Positions 18,205-22,786 of a stretch of 22,786 nucleotides of DNA are shown piece by piece (the first letter of the stretch is position 1; every line of letters begins with the position of its first letter). This DNA comes from Flavobacteriales bacterium (GTDB lineage Bacteria > Bacteroidota > Bacteroidia > Palsa-965), in assembly GCA_040377305.1 (NCBI GenBank), contig JBEIPA010000046.1, forward strand, positions 1 to 22,786, in the 5' to 3' direction. Under the pieces are notes generated by a model, which worked only from the letters and a program-made list of their open reading frames with translations, searched no databases and was not told the DNA's origin. Made by a program: the position numbers and the translations under genes.

Positions 18205-19863
18205 ATGTCGACCGGCCACAACCATCTGCTTCAGAAAGTTATTTTCGAAATTAATTTAGCGAAGCAGGATGGTGCATTTGAAATCCAGAGTAGGATTTCA
18301 AATTTATTCCGATCGCAGATTCTCGGGGAACTGGAGAAAAGATTTAACGAGGTGTCAACAGAGGGTCTTGTGCTCACCATAGACAAGATTGAAATTGATC
18401 TGGGGAATCTGAGTTCTTCCCGCCTTGAAGAAGATTTGTCTGCAGCGTTCCAGCGCGAAATGAATGAATTTCTTGCCACCGTGAACGAAGAGGTTGGACG
18501 TTATGAAACAACGACATTTACTAAATCACAAAAGTTAAATGTTCGTTGGTCGGTTCCAGGTAATTCACATTTTGAAGCGGAGGTTACATTGTCACCTGAT
18601 TTTGTTTCACAATACGAAAGGGTATTACAGCTTCTGGAGTTCGGCGTGTTACCGGAATCCGGAAATACAATTGGACCTGAGAAAATAGCTGCGCTCATCA
18701 ATTCGGTTTTTGAACATCAACCTGAGCAACTGGCAAAGTTCATTCGCGCAAACGGACCGAACAAGCCGCACATTCTTCAGCGACTCGCTATGAATCTGAC
18801 TCAGGAACAGCTTCAGTACATAACTGCATTAGTGGGTTGTCCTTATTCCGGTGAACTGCTCACACTTGTAAATGATCTTGAGAAGTTTTTGAAATCCCGG
18901 AAAATTGAAATTTCTGAAATCAGTATCCCCGGTTCTGTGCGCCTTGCAACGCTAAGCCAATTTATCTGGTGGCTGATACTTGTGAAATTTACGGGCGCTG
19001 ATTCGAGCGGAACGATTACCGCATCACCTGTAAAACTGGTCACTGAAATTCTATTTCTTATAGATCGGTTGAGCGAACGGTCGGTTTTCTCCGGCAAAGG
19101 TTCTGCCCTAAAATTGCAGGGACTGTCACAGGTTGTTGTAGAAGGAACTGAAGCAGCAAGAGCTTTGCGGAAGTCTGGTAAAAAAAGTGCAAATCATGAC
19201 GGAGAGATGGTTGAATTCCCGCGCGATTCCGGTCACACCATTTTCAATTCTCCGACCAGCCTCTTGCACAACTCACTATTCACGCTGCCGGAAAAACTAG
19301 ACGTTACACGTGCACTGACTGGCATTGACGATAACGTGCCTGGTGCTGAATCCGGAATTTACATAGGTAATGCAGGATTAATTATTCTTGCCCCTTATCT
19401 AAAACCGTTTTTTAGCCGATTAGGTTTGCTCGATGGGAAGAATTTTGTTTCAAGGGAAGCTGCGTGGAAAGCTGTACACTTACTACAACATGCTTGCGGC
19501 TATGCCCAGAGTGATCAGGACGGGTGGAGTGAACAAGAATTGATCTTTAATAAAATATTATGTGGAATTAACATCGCGGAGCCTGTCCCGGAACGACTGG
19601 AACTTAGTTCTGTTGAACGCGAAGAGCTCAATGGACTGCTGAATTCTGTGTTACAGAACTGGACCATCATGCAACGTAGTTCTGTATTCGCACTACAATC
19701 TACGTTTTTACAGAAAAAAGGCCGTCTTACACTCAACGGTAGAAACTGGGATTTGTTGGTTGAACGTGACTCTGCAGTCGAAATTCTAATCGATAAGTTG
19801 CCTTGGAGTATTTCGATTATTAAACTGCCGTGGAACGGGTATTCAATCAATACACAGTGGTAA
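18205..19863 (+). CDS. Contractile injection system tape measure protein (Afp14-like)
   Basis: 552 aa; N-terminal H.LQK..FEI and IDKIEIDLG; C-terminal YI.NAGLIIL.PYL..FF..LGL, AVHLLQ, L..NKILCG, L..V.QNW, FLQ..GRL, W.L.VE, L.DKLPW.ISIIKLPW. Confidence 0.9.
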   Translation: MSTGHNHLLQKVIFEINLAKQDGAFEIQSRISNLFRSQILGELEKRFNEVSTEGLVLTIDKIEIDLGNLSSSRLEEDLSAAFQREMNEFLATVNEEVGRYETTTFTKSQKLNVRWSVPGNSHFEAEVTLSPDFVSQYERVLQLLEFGVLPESGNTIGPEKIAALINSVFEHQPEQLAKFIRANGPNKPHILQRLAMNLTQEQLQYITALVGCPYSGELLTLVNDLEKFLKSRKIEISEISIPGSVRLATLSQFIWWLILVKFTGADSSGTITASPVKLVTEILFLIDRLSERSVFSGKGSALKLQGLSQVVVEGTEAARALRKSGKKSANHDGEMVEFPRDSGHTIFNSPTSLLHNSLFTLPEKLDVTRALTGIDDNVPGAESGIYIGNAGLIILAPYLKPFFSRLGLLDGKNFVSREAAWKAVHLLQHACGYAQSDQDGWSEQELIFNKILCGINIAEPVPERLELSSVEREELNGLLNSVLQNWTIMQRSSVFALQSTFLQKKGRLTLNGRNWDLLVERDSAVEILIDKLPWSISIIKLPWNGYSINTQW

Positions 19864-19916
19864 TAGTCGTAGTGTGTTAAGACTTCATATATTCTTTAAC
19901 TATTTGCATTGATCAC

Positions 19917-19947
19917 TTGACATTTGCCTTTTCAGGGTATATATTAG
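19917..19947 (+). promoter_or_regulatory. Putative housekeeping promoter upstream of the 91-aa ORF / TPR-like gene
   Basis: TTGACA (19917-19922), 17 nt spacer, TATATT (19940-19945). The same bases read as TTG-N20-TATATTAG, a one-mismatch variant of the Bacteroidota TAnnTTTG element. Confidence 0.55.
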
Positions 19948-19998
19948 TAACGTAAATCGAATCAGCATTACCCTGTCTCTTTTACCCGCTAACTGACA

Positions 19999-20274
19999 AT
20001 GATTTTATTGGATGAATTATTCTACTCGAACGATCGGGTGGGACTGGAAAAAGTCTCCTCTAATTTGTCGTACCAGGATGAAATGTCTCCAGTGAAAACA
20101 ATGAATTTAACTGGTGTAAAGAAGCACACTGTGTCTTCGTCCGCGAATGGTGCCGAATCCCCCCCGGCATCAGGTGTGGTAACGTCGCGCTTTCATCGGA
20201 ACAGTAAATATGCTCTGATGCCATTGGAGAATTCCCCCCTCATGGGTAGTTGGGACCACACTGAAGTAGATTAA
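19999..20274 (+). CDS. Hypothetical small protein, 91 aa (doubtful)
   Basis: ATG-started ORF filling the intergenic space about 50 nt after the putative promoter, with A at -3; Ser/Pro-rich; no recognisable motif. Confidence 0.35.
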   Translation: MILLDELFYSNDRVGLEKVSSNLSYQDEMSPVKTMNLTGVKKHTVSSSANGAESPPASGVVTSRFHRNSKYALMPLENSPLMGSWDHTEVD

Positions 20275-20351
20275 CAATACGTTTTATTTCTGGTTTGTTG
20301 TGGCTTTTAGTCACCACCTGGAAGAGTTTTGTTCTACCTAAACCCATGGGG

Positions 20352-21833
20352 ATGGAAAATCTCATTACACTCATTAAGAGCCTAAGTCCTGGCGAAGAAA
20401 AGTTGGTCAGGCATTTTTATAAGTTACGCGATCAGGGAGAATCCCGAAAGCGAGCTGATCTTTTCGATATTCTCTTTTCAGGAAAAGCAAAGGATGAAAA
20501 TACGCTTGCTCGACTCCTTGGCTATTCTTCATGTAACGCTTCGTACCACAACATTAAATCGCGACTCAAGTCAGATATAGTTTGCGTGCTCTTGATGCAG
20601 GAATCCTCCTGTAAATTCAATACCCAATATGCACAGGCCATGTTCAATTGCAGAAGAGCATTGCTGACTGGAGAGATTTTATTGAGTCGCGGTGTTTATC
20701 AGGAAGGTGTCTCCGTACTCCGGAAAGCTGCACGCATTGCAGAAAAGTTTGAATTATTTGCGGAGCGGATATTAACAGAAGATGCACTTCGTAATCATCA
20801 CGCAGGTGCAAGTGATCTGGAAGAACTAAACAATGGGACAGAGGCAATTGACAACAGCTACAAACTTCTTGGTCAAATAATGAGTTCAAAGAAGAGACTC
20901 TATGAAACTGTTTTTAGTGACACTGAAACAATTCAATATGATACAGACAGCGCTGGTTTCACCGATGAACTGGAACAACCCGAAAGTACATCCAATTCAT
21001 CGCGCGTTAATTTCTTCAGTAAACTCTCCCGGTTAAATATTCTACACGGTCGGGGTGATTTGAAAAAAGCTATCGTATGTGCACAGGAGCTTCTAGAGTC
21101 TGTAGAAAATGACCCTGTTGTCACGTCATCGGCAAATCAAGCAGGGATTCATCTGGAGATCGCCAATTTATATTTAAAGACCAATGAATTTGCTCAAACG
21201 GAAGTGCACGCGCAACGGGCGTCTACTCTGTTTAAGCCGGGAATGCTTAATCATATGCGCGCATGCACATTGCTCTTTTATGCCCAGGTTCATTCGGAAA
21301 AATATGCGCAGGCACAGGTCACATTAGGGTCCGTACTCGCGTCTCGTTGTCTTCGCGAACCGGCGTATGAAATTTTACGTCAACGTTTACATCTGGTTCA
21401 GTCTTGGTTCAGCTACTCACAGAATAAGTTAGAGGGAGCTACATTATTTCTGAAACAAGGTTGCGATCTTGTTAAGGAAAAGACCCAATGGACATATGGA
21501 TTTGTTCTGTTGGAATGTATGCTTCTGATTGATCGAAATGCTTTTGAAGCGGCGATCTATAAATTAGACGCATTGCGAAAGTCTATCGCGAGAAGTAAGA
21601 ATGATAGTTGTGTAAAACGTGTTTTGCTCAGCATTACAATTCTCAAGCATGTAATACGGGCAAATAATGATTACGTGGAAGCAGGAAAATTAGCGAGCGC
21701 AGAACTCACACAGTTGTCTTCGCCATCATCTGGTGCGATCTGGGATCCAACAGGATTTGAAATTGTGCCGTTTGAAAAACTATTTAGGACGCGTGTGAAT
21801 AATTCGCGCGTGATGAAGAATACTACTGAATAG
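20352..21833 (+). CDS. Helical/TPR-like hypothetical protein (Bacteroidota 'LIKSLS..E' N-terminal type), 493 aa
   Basis: The ATG at 20352 (MENLITLIKSLSPGEEK) is preferred over the TTG at 20295. The N-terminal region LFD.L......E..LA..LG......Y..IK.RL is HTH-like; the rest shows TPR-like spacing (GEILLSRGVYQEGVSVLRKAARIA; IANLYLKTNEFAQTEVHAQRA). Confidence 0.8.
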   Translation: MENLITLIKSLSPGEEKLVRHFYKLRDQGESRKRADLFDILFSGKAKDENTLARLLGYSSCNASYHNIKSRLKSDIVCVLLMQESSCKFNTQYAQAMFNCRRALLTGEILLSRGVYQEGVSVLRKAARIAEKFELFAERILTEDALRNHHAGASDLEELNNGTEAIDNSYKLLGQIMSSKKRLYETVFSDTETIQYDTDSAGFTDELEQPESTSNSSRVNFFSKLSRLNILHGRGDLKKAIVCAQELLESVENDPVVTSSANQAGIHLEIANLYLKTNEFAQTEVHAQRASTLFKPGMLNHMRACTLLFYAQVHSEKYAQAQVTLGSVLASRCLREPAYEILRQRLHLVQSWFSYSQNKLEGATLFLKQGCDLVKEKTQWTYGFVLLECMLLIDRNAFEAAIYKLDALRKSIARSKNDSCVKRVLLSITILKHVIRANNDYVEAGKLASAELTQLSSPSSGAIWDPTGFEIVPFEKLFRTRVNNSRVMKNTTE

Positions 21834-21984
21834 CGATCGACTAGAAGACTTTCGCTCGGGAGTTCGAATGCAGAAAATTCCAATTCCAGGAAGTTGTCCG
21901 GCAGAATTATGGCTCACCGACCGTCCTGCCTTATTTAACGTGCGCATTTGGTACCTCGGGCTAATCTCCAATGTTGACCGCAAT

Positions 21985-22012
21985 AAAAAAGGACCTACTT
22001 TCGTAAGTCCTT
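21985..22012 (-). terminator. Rho-independent terminator of tRNA-Arg
   Basis: Minus strand reads AAGGACTTAC-GAAA-GTAGGTCC-TTTTTT: an 8-bp stem with one G-U pair, a GAAA tetraloop and a U tract, about 10 nt after the tRNA 3' end. Confidence 0.85.
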
Positions 22013-22021
22013 GATTTTCAG

Positions 22022-22095
22022 TGGTCACGTAGGGATTCGAACCCCAAACCTTCGCATCCGTAGTGCGATGCTCTATCCAGTTGAGCTACGTAACC
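22022..22095 (-). tRNA. tRNA-Arg(ACG)
   Basis: Reverse complement GGTTACGTAGCTCAACTGGATAGAGCATCGCACTACGGATGCGAAGGTTTGGGGTTCGAATCCCTACGTGACCA. Acceptor stem GGTTACG/CGTGACC, D arm GCTC..GAGC, anticodon stem TCGCA/TGCGA with loop CT-ACG-GA, T loop TTCGAAT. CCA is not encoded. Confidence 0.97.
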
Positions 22096-22111
22096 TCTTT
22101 TTATGAGGCTG

Positions 22112-22141
22112 CAAAGATAAGGGTTTCTTAGAAACATCAAA
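22112..22141 (-). promoter_or_regulatory. Bacteroidota-type -33/-7 promoter of tRNA-Arg
   Basis: Minus strand TTTG (22141-22138), 18 nt spacer, TATCTTTG (22119-22112): an exact TAnnTTTG match 16 nt upstream of the tRNA. Confidence 0.8.
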
Positions 22142-22248
22142 TTTCTCTTAGAAATCAATTTCGCTTTTTGAAGCGGCAATTTATCCCTAGATTTCTGTAT
22201 CCAAGGCTGAGGAAAGTCTAATAGACCACATAAAAAACTGCACTGCAG

Positions 22249-22786
22249 ATGGCGACCCATACTGAAATCACTCCATTCATCAAAAAATGGGAAGGTGAAT
22301 ACGGAAACGATCCGGATGACGCTGGTGGTGAAACGCGAAAGGGAATTACCTACAAAACCTGGAAAGGAGTTTTCGGTGATACACACGAGCGATTCATGGA
22401 GATGAAGGATGAGGACTGGAACCATATTTTCAAGAAGCTCTTTTGGGATCCAATGCAAGGTGATTCCATTCAATCGCAGTTGGTCGCAAATATTATGGTC
22501 GATTGGATCTGGTGCAGCGGAAAGAAATCGCCCGGGAAAAGATTGCAAACTGTACTCGTGCAGGACTTCGGTTGTCAGATTGATATTGATGGCGCAATCG
22601 GCAAACAAACAATTCGCGCGTTGAATTCGGTTGACGAGAAAAAACTGATCGAAGCTATTCTCGAAGAACGGTTTGACTTTCTCGAAGATATTTGCACAAC
22701 CCGACCTCAGAATAGAAAGTTTCTGAATGGTTGGCAGAATCGGATTAACGATCTCGTTAAACAATTTGTTTCCCCCCCAACACCCG
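22249..22786 (+). CDS. Glycoside hydrolase family 108 lysozyme-like protein with peptidoglycan-binding domain, 3'-partial
   Basis: Translated by hand from the ATG at 22249: MATHTEITPFIKKWEGEYGNDPDDAGGETRKGITYKTW...IFKKLFWD...I.SQ.VA...VDW...SG....K.LQ...IDG.IG.QTI.ALN...R..F...I...RPQNRKFLNGWQNRI. These are the GH108 EGxY / D.GG.T..GIT motifs and a PG_binding_3-like tail. There is no stop before the window end, so the ORF track lacks it. Confidence 0.92.
   Translation, partial: MATHTEITPFIKKWEGEYGNDPDDAGGETRKGITYKTWKGVFGDTHERFMEMKDEDWNHIFKKLFWDPMQGDSIQSQLVANIMVDWIWCSGKKSPGKRLQTVLVQDFGCQIDIDGAIGKQTIRALNSVDEKKLIEAILEERFDFLEDICTTRPQNRKFLNGWQNRINDLVKQFVSPPTP

Noticed and set aside
1-19863. Interpretation as a prophage tail region or a canonical T6SS
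   Set aside because: No capsid, portal, terminase or integrase, and no TssB/C, Hcp, membrane complex or ClpV in the window; gene content and motifs are Afp-type.
19864-19916. Possible terminator after the tape-measure gene
   Set aside because: Only a weak AT-rich GTTAA/TTAAC pairing, without a GC stem or U tract.
20295-20351. TTG start and apparent hydrophobic leader for the TPR-like gene
   Set aside because: In-frame ATGs at 20346 and 20352 give the family-typical N-terminus, so the extension is probably not translated.
21868-22014. 48-aa ORF (MQKIPIPG...) and a GTTCGAAT T-loop-like word just after the TPR-like gene
   Set aside because: The ORF runs through the terminator and has no motif; the T-loop word lacks a flanking stem, so it is not a tRNA fragment.
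22018-22764. 248-aa minus-strand ORF in the track
   Set aside because: It is an antisense shadow of the GH108 gene and runs through the tRNA; no protein-like motifs.
1-22786. CRISPR array, IS element or rRNA
   Set aside because: No regularly spaced repeats, transposase motifs or rRNA-like sequence were seen by eye.

Overview
Most of the window (1-19863, all + strand, tightly packed) is the structural operon of an Afp/PVC-like contractile injection system (eCIS / T6SS-iv type). Gene order: sheath (partial), two tube proteins, a 55-aa plug-like protein missed by the ORF track, LysM tube initiator, VgrG spike, PAAR tip, gp25 wedge, large baseplate J, tail fibre, a very large Afp12-like baseplate protein carrying repeated inserted domains, a 1067-aa fibre/crown-like protein ending in an Ig-like domain, and a tape-measure protein. 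After it come a promoter, a doubtful 91-aa ORF, a ~493-aa helical/TPR-like hypothetical protein, tRNA-Arg(ACG) on the minus strand with its promoter and terminator, and a GH108 lysozyme-like gene that runs off the right edge (also missed by the ORF track). A TAnnTTTG promoter and A-rich leaders without Shine-Dalgarno motifs point to a Bacteroidota host. No capsid, terminase, integrase, AAA+ ATPase (Afp15), cap (Afp16) or recognisable toxin is visible in the window. All family assignments come from motif recognition by eye; no searches were run.
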